From NCBI RefSeq assembly GCF_004010195.1, contig NC_057718.1:87540606-87604605 (forward strand): a stretch of 64,000 nucleotides of DNA. The letters run 5' to 3'. Each line of letters starts with the position of its first letter. Within the stretch, counting starts at the first letter, position 1. Below the pieces are notes generated by a model that ran no database searches, was not told where the DNA came from, and saw only the letters and a list, made by a program, of their open reading frames with translations. The translations under genes were made by a program, and so were the position numbers. The stretch comes from Chiloscyllium plagiosum (taxonomy: Eukaryota). Below are positions 26,612 to 38,810 of the stretch, piece by piece.

Positions 26612-27540
26612 ACTCTGGGTAAGATTTTTGCAATTGATAGGGCCATGGGTAGTGTTGTAGAACAGAGGCGCCTAGAGGTTCAGGTATATAATTCTTTGAA
26701 ATTTACACCACATGTAGACTGGTTAAGAAGGCGTTTAGCATGCTTGCTTTCATTGCTCATACCTTTAAATATAGATGTTGGGAAGTCATGTTGAAGTTGT
26801 ACAGGACATTGGTGAGGCTTCTTTTGGAATACTATACACTTTTGGTTGCTCTGTTATAGGAAGGAAATCATTGAGGAAATTGTGGACGCTATAAATCAGA
26901 AACAGAAATTGCTAGAAAAGCTCAGTAGGTCTGGCAGCATCTGTGGAGAGAAATCAGAGCTAATGGTTCGGGTCGAGTGACCCTTCCTCTGAACCATTCT
27001 TAGGAAAGGTCACTTGACCTGAAACGTTAACTCTGATTTCTCTCCACAGATGCTGCCAGACCTGCTGAGCTTTTCCAGTGATTTCTACTATTAAATTGGA
27101 GAGAGTTCAGAAAAGATTTACCAGGTTGTTGTCTGGAATGGAAGGTTTGAGATATGAGGATTGGCTGGGACATTTTTCACTAGAGAGTAGAAGGTTTAAG
27201 GGTGGCGTTTTATACAGGTATATAAAATCACGAGGGACATAGATGATGTGAATAGCAAGGGTCTTTTCCTTAGAGTGGGGCAGTTTAACACTAAGGAGGA
27301 TATTTTTAAGGTGAGTGGAGAAAGATTTAATAAGGACATGAGGGACAATTTTTATTCATGTTTGGAATGAAATGCCAGAGGAAGTGGTGATACAAGTACA
27401 ATAATGCCATAAAAGAAACGTTTGGATAAGTACATGAACAGGGAAGGTTTGAAGGGATATGAGCCAAATACAGGCGATTGGTTTGAGACCATGGTTGGCA
27501 TGGACTATTTAGACTGAAGAGTCTTTTCCATGCTGTACAG
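26612..27540 (+). mobile_element. CR1 LINE 3' part, head-to-head with the previous copy and interrupted by a PLE palindrome
   Basis: Remnants of LYRTLVRLLLEY, LERVQKRFTRLL and WNEMPEEVV. Confidence 0.8.
26877..27088. mobile_element. Palindromic Penelope-derived mini element with two opposed hammerhead motifs
   Basis: Arms of ~90 bp (26904-26994 and 26996-27086) are reverse complements (ctggcagcatctgtggagagaaatcagag / ctctgatttctctccacagatgctgccag). Confidence 0.85.
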
Positions 27541-28439
27541 GTTGTACTCCCATATCACTGTAGTTGAATTCCCATGTGTCGTCATGTTATAGAAAATCAT
27601 GCAATAGAAATAATGAGGCCTCTGGGAAAACAGTTTTGGTGGTTTGCCCCAACCCTATCAGTGAAAATTTAAACAAAAATAGTAGTTAACCTAATACAAA
27701 TGTTTATGGGATATTAGGGAAATTGGAACAGCTCCTTAGTTAAGTTGTTGTGGCGGGTCAGTTAAGTTTTCCAGTAGTTACATAATTCTAAATTCTGTTT
27801 TCTTTTGTTCGTGTTTCAATTGTAGTGTTTTAATAAATGCTGTTTTGCTTACAGCCGAGTGGTTTGACCAACTGCATCACACTGGAATATCCACTTCACA
27901 TCTACCTTTAAAATAAGGAAAAGTTAGGGACTGGGCTACCTTCTTAAAATATTTTGAGGGGGTCTGGCCTGGTCCATATTGTGCAATTCATCAGAATCTT
28001 CAACTGATTACTCTCAATTGGCATCTATATCTGCTGGCTGCACTACATTCCAGCCAGTTTTCTGATCCCATCCAGTCGTAACACTGTACAAGTCAGATTG
28101 CAGAATGAAACCCACCTTGATAGATCAAGGGCGAACTCTTAATTTCTTTCGCTATGTGTCAGTTTTGTCAAGTTTTTCTGAGTGATTCACATTATGACGC
28201 TTGGGAAACATCCATCACCTTACTTCACAAAACCTGCCTGACTCTACCCTTTAGTGCCCCTCTCTCACACTCTCGCACTATCATATCATGTGCTATTTCC
28301 AAAACAACTCACCACTTCCTGGATATCCCAGAATTGACTCACATTCATGGTGCAGCACCATCTTTACAAAGATATTGTGCACCCATACAAGAGCTGTCAG
28401 TCCAGTGCTGCCCTGCGTGGTTCCTTACACTGACCCTGG

Positions 28440-28690
28440 ATATTGCAGACAATAGAAAATTGGTGCCTCTCTTTGTGGGCAGGGAGTGAAGGTACTGCTG
28501 ATGGGGATGAGGTGATGCAGAGTCAGGACATCTTTTCTCCTAGGCCAGCAGAGGACACCATTCTACTGGAACCATGCCAACCTGGACCAGGGCTACCATC
28601 CAGGCGAGTGCAGTCTTAATGCACAGAAGGCAATGAAGGAATGCACAGAATGTAGGAAGAAGATCAATTACCTTCTCCGCTCCATCTGTG
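28440..28690 (+). pseudogene. Relic of a PIF/Harbinger-type Myb/SANT-like DNA-binding ORF
   Basis: Frameshifted reading ADNRKLVPLFVGRE-KVLL...QDIF...PTWTR...SAV...ECRKKINYLLRS fits the Myb/SANT (MSANTD/NAIF1-like) pattern APRF..LEVLL...W..VA...QCRKK.NDL. Confidence 0.55.
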
Positions 28691-28811
28691 AAAGTGCCAC
28701 CATCTTCTCATTGATACCTCACACTCACTCTAACTCTGCTACTGTACTCACCATTTCCTGCAACATCTTCCTCACTAACATCTGACCCTGACTAAGGCTG
28801 AAACTCTTCTG

Positions 28812-29025
28812 GGCGAAAGTGAGGACTGCAGGTGCTGGAGATTAGAGTCGAGAGTGTGGTGCTGGGAAAGCGCAGCTGGTCAGGCAGCATCCGAAGAGCA
28901 GGAGAATCGACGTTTTGGGCAAAAGCCCTTCATCAGGGATGAGTCTCTTTAGCCCTAAACATCGATTCTCCTGCTCCTCGGTTGCTGCCTGACCTGCTGT
29001 GCTTTTCCAGCACACACTCTGAATA
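28812..29025. mobile_element. Palindromic Penelope-derived mini element (second family) with a hammerhead motif
   Basis: ggtcaggcagcatccgaagagcaggagaatcga versus tcgattctcctgctcctcggttgctgcctgacc. 7-bp TSD tcttctg at 28805 and 29026. Same termini as the PLE at 54648-56629. Confidence 0.85.
28903..28940 (-). ncRNA. Minimal type I hammerhead ribozyme motif (G12 mutated to A)
   Basis: Minus strand C-CUGAUGA-A-GGGC-UUUU-GCCC-AAAA-C-GUC-GA, with a perfect stem II. Confidence 0.7.
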
Positions 29026-29867
29026 TCTTCTGCATAGCCTCCTTACCCCCTTAGGACATCTCCATGCATTTACCCAAAGTAACAGTGTGCCACCCACCTT
29101 CCTCTCCCTCACACACTATGTGCAGAGTTTCCTAACTCTGACCGCCCTGAGCAGCTGACTAACCATATCCAAGTGTCTGTAGTAGTTCTTTTTTACAGTT
29201 GGTTACCATAGTGATTAATCACTGAAGCAGATTCACTTGATTCTACAGATTTTCTTTAACATCTAAGCATATTTTTTAAACTGAGAGAGAAAAAAAAGCT
29301 CTTGATTCAAACAAAGCCAAATTTCAAACTGTTCCTCAACACTTGTTCTTTTACTGTTGGTCAATTTCAGTGAAATTTCACTCTTGTCTCAACTCTTCAA
29401 GTTTTTGAATTAACAGATTGCTCCCACTTTCTCGTTCCAAGTTTGTAGAGACATTTTCACGATGCTTTTCCAAGTCCACTTGCACAAACATTTCACAATA
29501 CCTTTCATAAAGCTCTTCACAAGAAAGCAGATGATGCTGACGTGGAGTCCAGTCCTCTGCACACCGCGACACCTAGTGCCAGGGTTGAGAATTGCGTAAC
29601 AGCAAACAGGAATTCACTTTATTAAAAAAAGTTGGCAATTCATGAATCGTGTTACAGACAAATCGAGTTTAATAAACAAGCATTATAGGAGAACTAACTG
29701 TACTACTCTGACTTTGAATTTGTAAATAAAAAGATTGGTTTATTCTATATTATCTTTTGCTGAATAAATGTCTGTTTTGTTGTTATCACAAAATCTGCAG
29801 CATTGCATTTTACACTTCAGTGAGTTGACCACCTCATTAAAACCAAAACAAAAAACATGATCTACCA

Positions 29868-30000
29868 AAAAAAACAAAGAACTGTGGATGCTGGAAATTA
29901 GAAATGAAAATTGTTGGAAAATCTCAGCAGATCTGGCAGCATCTGTGGAGAGAAAGCAGAGTTAATGTTTTGTGTCAAGTGACACTTCCTCAGAACTTCA
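29868..30000 (-). mobile_element. Penelope-derived terminal fragment with a hammerhead motif (29961-29996)
   Basis: Minus strand GUU-CUGAGGA-A-GUGUC-ACUU-GACAC-AAAA-C-AUU-AAC. Stem II shows a compensatory change relative to GGGUC/GACCC in other copies. Confidence 0.75.
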
Positions 30001-30074
30001 GAATATGATCCATCAGATCAGAAAGAAGTCTGGGATCTGACTTGTTCAGGAATAACATCAGCTGAGATCATCAC

Positions 30075-31615
30075 AGCTGAGAAATTTACTATGCAAATAT
30101 TACAGTATCTTATAACAAAAATAATGTGAGGCTTAAAAATCTCATGATACAGTATCTCAAGGCAGATGATTTGGAATTATTACAGTATCTCCTCAAAGAG
30201 GAGTGTTTCTTATGTGAAATTCGTGTAAGATAGCATGAGACAGATAAAGTGGAAATATGACATTATCTGCGAGTAAGGTTCATGTGTAAATGTGACAGTA
30301 CATCCTTTGAGTGATTAAATGGAATTGAAGCAATCTATTTTGGAATGTAATTTGGGAATATTACAATATGACCTGAAGGTAAAATGGAAATGTTATATCT
30401 ACTCCTGAGAAAGATAATGTAGGAATGTTACAATCACTTATGAGAGTGAATGTGCTTATGTGCTGACTGATAACTGAAAATATTCTAATACTTTCTGATG
30501 ATATGCAACATGATGAATAAAGTGGAAATGTGATAATATTTCCTGAGAGAGGTGATGGGCAGATACTGCTTTATCGCCTCTTGGGGATAATGTGAACTTT
30601 TTGAAGGTAGCCCTGAAATAAGTAAAGTGGAAATGGGAAATTATTTCTTGGAAATATCCATGTATAAATATGCCAGTATCTGCTTCGTGAGATCAAGTGG
30701 AAATGAAACAGCCTACCTTGGAACCTAATGTGGAAAGTTATAATATTTTTTATGAGCTCATGTCCAAATGTCACAGTATCTTATAAATATTATGTGAGAG
30801 AGAGTCCCGAGAGAGGGGTCATGTTGGTATGTTACAGAATCTTCTGAGAGGCATGACGTAGGCGTGTTACATTATCATCTGAGAGGGACATGTGAAAATG
30901 ATAATATTGCCAACCTTCAGGAGTGATTTAAATGTGGAAATCAAAAACCATTTGAGTGATAATTTGCTGCACGTGCAGGATTCTGTACTGAAAACAACAA
31001 ATGCTGGAGATCACCGGTCAAACAGCATCCATGGAGAGAGAGAGCAAGCTAACCTTTCAAGTCCAGATGACACTTTTTCAGAGCTGAAGTGAAGCGTGAA
31101 GGGGCAGAATTTATGCTGCAGTTTGGTGGGGCGATCTAGGGTGCTGACGGAGAAAAGATGTTGATAGTTCAGATTAAGTGAACGGAATGTGAGAATGGCA
31201 GAACAATGGTATGTCTCCTGCTTTTCTGCATCAGCAACCTGCACCCACCACTCCCACAACAATAGTATAAGTGCTACTCTCTCCACACTTCAACAGCACT
31301 GATAAAGAGACACCGAGACTTGGACCATTTGAGTCCGATGTTGTGAAAATATCATATCTTTTCCAACAGAACAAGTAAAGACATGACAACACCTTCTGTG
31401 CATTAATGTGGAAATATTGAAATAATTGACAGACAGATAACATGGAAATGCTACAGAATCCTTTGGGAGAGATATTGTAAAACACTTAGTATATCTCCTA
31501 AGAAACACAGCATGGAATTCTTCCAGTCATGCCAGTGAGAGACAATGTGGAAGGGTGACAATATTTCATGAGAGAGATGATATGGATTTGTTACAATATC
31601 TCCTGAGAGAGTTTC
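30075..31615 (+). repeat. Further block of the ~35-bp satellite, interrupted by a PLE fragment at about 30985-31270
   Basis: Recurrent gataa(a)gtggaaat...acagtatctcctgagaga. Confidence 0.75.
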
Positions 31616-31749
31616 TGAAAGGAAATCCAAAATGTTAGGTATGCTTTTCTATCTGATACTGCCTGACCTGTTTAGTATTTTCAGACTTCCAAATTTCCAA
31701 CATCTGCAGTATTTTTGGTATATGCTACCTAATTAGCATTATAAACAGT

Positions 31750-33800
31750 GTAGACCATCAACCACTGAGAAAAACATAGAAAAGCAATCTGTAGGGAAAT
31801 TACAGATGGTACAAGAGTGTGATAATGGTGCTCTTCAATTCACCTAACGTAGACTAATGGTGTGTAGAAGAGACAGGAGGAAGACTTCATTAAGTATGTT
31901 CAGGAGATTTTTCTTGATCTGTCCATTTCTGGACAATGATGAAGGAAGCATTTCTGGATTTATTTATGTGGAGGAAGGTAGGTCAGTTAGACCGTATAAG
32001 GGAACAATTAAAATATAGTAATGCAAAGTTTTGATTAATTATTCCTTGTCTATTTCTATAATCTGAAGTTAAAAAATTTATTTGGAAATCACCAGTTTAT
32101 AGTGTGCTACAAATGCACTTGTCCAGGATAAATTGCGATGATGAATTGACAGGCATATCTGTAATAGAACAACCAGCTGTCTTTAAAGAAGAGTTAGTTT
32201 GAGTCCAATTGAGGTACATTCCCATAAGGGAGAAAGATGAAGCAACCATAGCCAGAACAGAAGAGGTAAAGGATAAGATGAAACTTAGAGGTGTAAATGG
32301 CAGATCTTCACTTTTCTTATTTTATTATTCTTCCCCCTTTTACTTAAAAGCTGTTGCATTTCAAACAGCCCTGATCAAAGGCCATTGGACTGAAATATTA
32401 GCCCTTTCTCTCTGATAGATGCTGTATAACCATTTCCAGTAATAAATGTTTTTTAGCTATTACTATTGTGTAGAGGTCAGATTGTTCATATAAATGAGAA
32501 CGAGGGCTGAATATAGAAAGACCATAAGTCTATAAGACATATGAGCAGAAACTAGGCCATTTACCCCACTGAGTCGACTCTGCCATTCAATCATGGCTGA
32601 TACGTTTCTCAGCTGTATTCTCCTGCTTTCTCTCCTTGATACTCAAGAACCTATCAATCTCAGTCTTAAATATATGCAATGATCTGGCCTCCACAGCCTT
32701 CTGTGGCAATGAATTCCATAGATTCACAACTTTCTCTGGCTGAAGAAGTTTCTCTTTATCTCCATTCTAAAAGGTCTTCCCTTTATTCTAAGTCAGTGCC
32801 CTCGGGTCCTAGTCTTTCCTACCAACGGAAATATCTTCCCAAATTCTACTCTGTCCAGGCCATTCAGTATTCTGTATGTTTCAATTAGATCCCCCCCCTC
32901 ATCCTTCTAAACTACATTGAGTACAGACCGAGTTCTCAGACATTCCTTAGCTGTTAAGCTTTTAATTCCTGGGACAATTCTCGTGAACCTCCTCTGAACA
33001 CGTTCCAAGGCCAGTACATCCTTCTTGAGATTTTGCGCCCAAAACTGTGCACAGTACTCCAAATTTGGTCTGACCAGAGCCTCAGAAATACATCCCTGTT
33101 TTTATATTCATGTCCTCACAAAATGAATGCCACCATTGCATTTGCATTCCTAACTACTGACTCAACCTACAAGTTTATCTTGTGTGAATTCTGGACTAGA
33201 ACACCCAAGTCACTTTGCACTTCAGACTTCTGAATTTTCTTCAGAAGGTTCAAAGGGAAGGTGAAAAGTAAATGTGTTGCAAAAAAGAGAGTGAGAAAAG
33301 AGGGAATCTGAAAGGAGAATCTAAAGAACTTCTGTCGGCATCTAAGTTATAAAAGTGGAATAAAAGGAAAGGTGGGGCCAATTAAGAACCAAAAATAGAA
33401 TCTGGAGGCAGAGGTCATGGCTGTGTTTCAAAATGCCTACTTTGTATCTGTCTTCACCAAAGAAAAAGTTGCTGTCAGTAATGGAAAAGGTACTTAAGGC
33501 ACTATATGTGCTTGAAGTTGGTTTAAAAAAAATCCACAAAAGGTGGTGGTATTGAGTCACCAACACCTAATGGGATGCATCTAAGACCAGCAAGGGCAGA
33601 AATTGCAGAGAGGTTAGCCATAATCTTCCAATCCTAGCTTAGATTAAAGGGAAGTGCGAGAAGACTGGAGGTTGGGGAAAAAAAATCCACGAGATACACA
33701 AATTAACAAATTACAAGGGTAAATCCAGCAACTACAGGCTAGTCATTTAAACCTTCATAACAGAAAAGCTTTCGGAAAGATAATCTGGGGTAAAATTGTG
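31750..33800 (+). mobile_element. Old CR1 ORF2 (EN/tether) remnant with a nested minus-strand CR1 3' end (32518-33240)
   Basis: Plus-strand remnants LRYIP, KVGPIK, YFVSVFTKE and NPSNYRLV. The nested copy is collinear with 20172-20860. Confidence 0.7.
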
Positions 33801-34549
33801 AGGTAGACAAAGATTGAATTCATTTACAAATGGGATAGAAAAGATAGATAGCTCTGCAGATGTATCACTGGGTGAAATTCATAGGAAAAACAGAATAAAT
33901 GATCACTAAGTATCAAAATGGATCATTAACTGCTACCTTTGCAAATTTGAATTACATCGCTTTTAAACTTGTGTATATTCACAAATGGGACAGATGAGAC
34001 AGTCCAGCAGAAATATCACTGATGGAAATCACAGTCAAAAGCGCCCAAATTTTGTGGATTCTCACTTGAAGCCATGAGAGGAATGAGATGAATTTCTCAC
34101 AATTCTTTTGGTTTCTATACTAGTTTCACATTATTGTTGACAACGGAGTGATAGGAGATCCTAGTTTCTAAAGTCAGTCAGTTTGACCTAGGTCTTTGGT
34201 GCTGGAGTGAGAAATGCTTCTTTTAAGGCTTGCTGTTCAGGAACTGAAAATGAATCAGATTAAAGCTGTTCACCAACTTGTGTAACCAGTAAGTTAATAC
34301 CATACAGTTCCATCTTTGACCTTGAATTGTGAAATAAAACTCCTAGCACATGTTCTGCAGCACAAGTGTCCAAACTTCAAGTATTTTCCCTATTCATGTT
34401 TTGATAAAATAAAATATATAATCATTACAGTTGATCTCTTGTTAATATATCCCATTTGGCATTTTGGTATTGGTGATGGAGATTGTTGTCAGTGTCAAGG
34501 CAGATCTTCGGCTTTACTAAGATTTTGTGAGGTCACTCTTACTAATACA

Positions 34550-36505
34550 ATGGTATGTATGCAAAAAGAAAGTTGATGAAGGCAGACCCAAAAAGATGTT
34601 TTTCCTTTTGTTCCTTCGTTGCTTGTTGCAGGCCCAATTTGGTTGACACTTATTTTAGAATTCCTCTGACCTGGTCAATAGAAGTGTTACTGAGCCACAC
34701 ACAGTGACGGAAGAGTGTATTTTCTAGTGTATATTTTCTGGCCTTGTTACTCTTAATGAGCATAGAACAATACAGTGCAGAACAGACCCTTTGGCCCTCG
34801 ATGTTGCGCCAACCTGTGAACTATTCTCAGCTCGTCCCCCTACACTATTCCAAAATCATCCATGTGCTTATCTAAGGATTGTTGAAATCTTCCTTTATAC
34901 TCAACGCAAAAAGGACCTCTGAATCAACTGAGGGAGAATAGTAGGTGGTAATCAGCAAGAGGTTTCCTTGCCCATCTTTGCTTTGCTGACATGAGACTTC
35001 ATGGTACAGAGAGAAATCTGGAGTCAAAAAGTGTGGTGTTGGAAAAGCACAGCAGGTCAGGCAGTATCCAAGGAGCAAGACAGTCAATGTTTTGGGCATA
35101 AGCCCTTCATCAGAAACTACAATATCTGTCGCCATGTGTGGCGCACAAACACTTGTATTGACCAGGTCAACTGAATTCTAAAATAAATGTCTATTAGACT
35201 AGGCCTCTTCAAGCAATGAAGGAACCGAGAGGAAAAACATCTTCTTGATTTTGCTTTCACCAACTTACTTTTGTGCACATACCATTCCTAATGTACGGCT
35301 TATGCTGGAAACATTGGCTCTCCTGCTTCTTGGATGCTGCCTGACCTGCTGTGCTTTTTCAGTGCCACACTTTTCAACTTCATGGGATAGGGTTCAATGT
35401 TTAGGATTCCTAGGGAAACCTTACAACTGTATACCACTGTGCTGCAAACTCTGGAGCAGCTGGTAAAACTGGAAACAATGTGAATCAGGAGGAAAATTTT
35501 GTTCTTTGGTGCCATATCTAGCACAAAGTATTGTTGTTGAAGATCAATCATCTTAGCCAAAGGACATCACCACAGGACTGACTTAGACCAGCCACCTTCA
35601 GTTGCTTCATCAATGGCCCTCTCTCCTCATCATAATGTCAGAAATGTGGATGTTCACTCATGATTGTACAATGTTCAGCACCATTCGTGACTCTTCAGAT
35701 AATGAGGCTGTTTTTGTCCATAAGCAGCAAGATGTCTAGGTTTAGACTGGTAAATGGCAAGGAACATTCGCACCACAAAGGTGCCAGATAATGATTATCT
35801 CCACACAGAGAAAATCTAACCATTACCCCTTCAATTTATTGTCATTACTGAATCATCCACTATCAATATTCATGGGGTTACCTTTGACAAGGTGCTGAAG
35901 TGGGCTAGCCATGTAAAAACTGTAATGGCAAGAGCAGTTCAGAGGCCAGGATGAGTAACTTGCCTCCTGTCTCTCCAATACCTGTCCACCCACCTACAAA
36001 GTACAAGTAAAAGTGTGTAATTTCCTGGATGAATCCAGCTCTTTCAACATTCAGAAAGCTTGACTTCATCAAAGCAAAGGAGTCCTTTTGATAGGCATAA
36101 CCATTACCATTCACTCCCTTCTCTACCAATGTACAATGGCGGTTGTGTGCACCATCTGTAAGCTGCACTGCAGTAATTCAACAAGGCACCTTCCACAGCA
36201 TCTTCCAAATTCACAACCTGTACCACTTAGAAGGGCAAGGGCAGTACATATATAGGAAAATCACCTCCCACAAGTTCACCTTCAAGTTGCAACCATTCTG
36301 ACTTGGAATGATCACTGCTCCTTCACAGTCACTGGATCAAAATCCTGGAACTCTTTCTCTAACAGCACTTCCCATGCCCCTACATCCCAAGGAGCACAAC
36401 AGTTCATTTAGGCGGCTCACTAGCATCTTCTCCAGTGCAATTGGGAATGGTCAACAAATCTTGACCTAGTCAGTGATGTTAACATCCTCTGAATGAATTA
36501 AAAAC
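34550..36505 (+). mobile_element. Rearranged CR1/L2-like LINE with an inverted, duplicated 5' part
   Basis: Minus remnant HEVS.QQSKDGQGNLLLITTYYSPSVDSEVL (34900-35005). Plus remnants of RT (MFTHDCTMF) and a 3'UTR ending tgaatgaattaaaaa. Inverted repeat 34550-34715 / 35125-35290. Confidence 0.65.
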
Positions 36506-37559
36506 AAAGTATCAGTTCTCCAAAACTTGATGAAAGGTCATGTTTGAGGCATTAGCTTTGCTTTTCTCTCCACAAATGATCCTGGCCTGAGTGTTTCCAC
36601 TGTTTTCTGTTTTTATTCCAGTTTTCCATCACCCTGTAGTATTTTGATTTTGTGCATAAGGTGCATATACAAACCAGAGGCTTGGTGCACTGGAAAGCCT
36701 GAATGAAAAGCATGCTGGAGTCTTGAACTAACTTAGTACAGGGCTTTGTCCAAACATTTGAAGGCCATCTTTTCCACCATGAAACACTGACTAACCAGTG
36801 CACCTGAATAGTCCACTATGATGCAGCAAGTGATGCAGCACCAATATCACTGCTTTCATGGCAGCACCAAACAACTTCCACCAAAGGTTTCAGGGATCTG
36901 ATGAAAACGCAACTCTGATGCTTTGCAAGACCAACTGTGCTATTGTCAAAGGGCCTTCCAGAGTATTATTGATCCCCTCTGTTGTGTTTTCACATGAGTG
37001 GCATTGGCTACATGGAGCATGAATCTAGTTTCTTTCTCAGCCCAGCTACTACCTGCCAGTCAGACAACCTGGTCTGTTGCAGTTTAGATCAAGATAGTGC
37101 AATCTGATGCCAGGTCTCTGTAAGGCCATCTGCAGACTCTTTGCCATGCTCATCTGCTAGAGAAACACCTTGCAGGAAATTTGAAAGAGGAAAATGCATA
37201 TGAAAATTGAGCACCTAAGAATGCATAAATTTGTAGGTTATTTTTGTGTGCATTATGACCTTCCTGAATTCATAAAATTGGATTAGAATGTGCATGTTGT
37301 GGTGTTTTAAGTTTGATATAAAAATTATCATTTTTAGAGGAAGAGTAGGGAATGAGGATGAATTGATAAAATTACTTACTTCAGTCATTCACTATTTGAA
37401 TGTGTAGAGCTCAGGGGAAAAGCAGCTGTTTCTGTTTTGTGGTTTGGGACTTTTGAGTACATTTACATGCTAATCATGGATGACTTTTCTCTAAGAAATG
37501 AACTTCCACGTGATCTATCCCACACTTCAACATTATAACATTATCTATTAGTGATTTTT

Positions 37560-37990
37560 GTGTAGATTTGTAGCTCATGTTGATGATAAGTCTGTAAGTT
37601 TGCTCGCTGAGCTTGAAGGTTTGTTGTCAGATGTTTCATCACCATACTAGGTAACATCATTAGGGAGAGTCTCCAGTGAAGCACTGGTGGTACGTCCCAC
37701 CACTGGTGGCAAGTTTCCTGCTAATTTGTCCGATGTCGTGTGTTTTTTTTAATAGTTCTTGCATGGTATCTTGTAAATGACGATAGTTTTGCTGATGATA
37801 TCTATTGGATCCTTGAGGTTCATTAGTCGCTGTTTGTGTGTTGGTAGGTTTATGGGGTACCATGATACCAAGGAGTCTGAGTAGTCTGGAAGTCGTTTCT
37901 GCTATGTCTTTGATGTAAGGTAATATGGCTATAGTTTTTTGTTGCGTTTTCATTAGATCCCTGATGAAATTGTTGCGTTGTGTCTGCTTG
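37560..37990 (-). mobile_element. Penelope-like element fragment (RT thumb to GIY-YIG) with a degenerate hammerhead at about 37625-37665
   Basis: LPYIKDIAETTSRLLRLLGIMVPHKPTNT and a YKI.C...IGQISRKLAT remnant. Minus strand CUAAUGA-UGUUACC-UAGUAU-GGUGAU-GAAAC-AUC. Confidence 0.75.
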
Positions 37991-38329
37991 TTTGGGTTTG
38001 TTTCTGAGGAATCAGCGAATCGTGTTTATTAGATACCTGTTTTTCTTGAAAATATTGTAGAGATATTTTTCTTCTGCTTTTTGTAGTTGTTGGGTGCTGT
38101 ATCAGAGACCAATATTTCCAAATGTTGGAATTGAAAATGGCAATGTTGATGTGCAATGCTGATTTAACAATGATCATAACCTGCCTCATCTGCCTGCAGT
38201 GATGGTCATTAGATTTGCATGGGTAAATACTTTTGCCAAGATAATGCCCAATGCACTTCCTGTCAGATGTGTCGCCTCCTTTTCAAGCACCAAAAGGGCA
38301 TTTAGCAAATAATAATATCAGATAATTTC

Positions 38330-38810
38330 TCCATCAAAATTTGGAAATGTGGTATCTTTTTAAAAATCCAGCAGAGGTAATATGGAAGTGTTAACAATAC
38401 GTCTTGAGTGAGATACTGTAAATATTTTACAATATCTCTGGGGTGATGATTTGAAAGTGTTACTGTATTATCTCCCGAATGAAATCATGTTCAAATGTTA
38501 CAATATCCGGTGAGTGAGATAATGTGATTTGTTACACAATCTCCTGAGACAGATTATGTGGGAATGTTATAGTATCTCTAACACAGATAATGCTACATTG
38601 TTACGGTATCTCCTGGGATAGATAAATGTGGAAATTTTATTGCATTACCTGAGACAGCTAATATGGACATATTAAAGCATCCCCTGAGAGAATATGGCAA
38701 CATTAGAGTATCCCATGAGAGAATATGGAAATGTTCATTATCATCTAGGATGGCTAACACAAACAAAATCATGAAAATGTTACTGCGTGGTATTGTGGAC
38801 ATTAAGCTTC
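38330..38810 (+). repeat. Further block of the ~35-bp satellite
   Basis: gagacagattatgtgggaatgttatagtatctc, gatagataaatgtggaaattttattgc and similar units. Confidence 0.75.

Larger units (their letters stand above)
24895..27982 (+). mobile_element. Probable solo LTR (24895-25480 plus 27545-27982) split by two CR1 fragments
   Basis: Starts tgtca; non-coding; AATAAA at about 27832; 3' end ggggtctggcctggtccata resembles fish Gypsy LTR ends. Confidence 0.4.

Noticed and set aside
36640..36720. Candidate exon 2 for the SAMD5-like gene (ttttgtgcataag|GTG)
   Set aside because: The pyrimidine tract belongs to a decayed PLE terminus, and the phase-0 peptide (VHIQTRGLVHWKA-stop) has no similarity to SAMD5 or SASH-family exons.
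19635..38810. CRISPR-like appearance of ~35-bp periodic repeats
   Set aside because: Units are contiguous and highly degenerate with no unique spacers, there are no cas genes, and the context is vertebrate.
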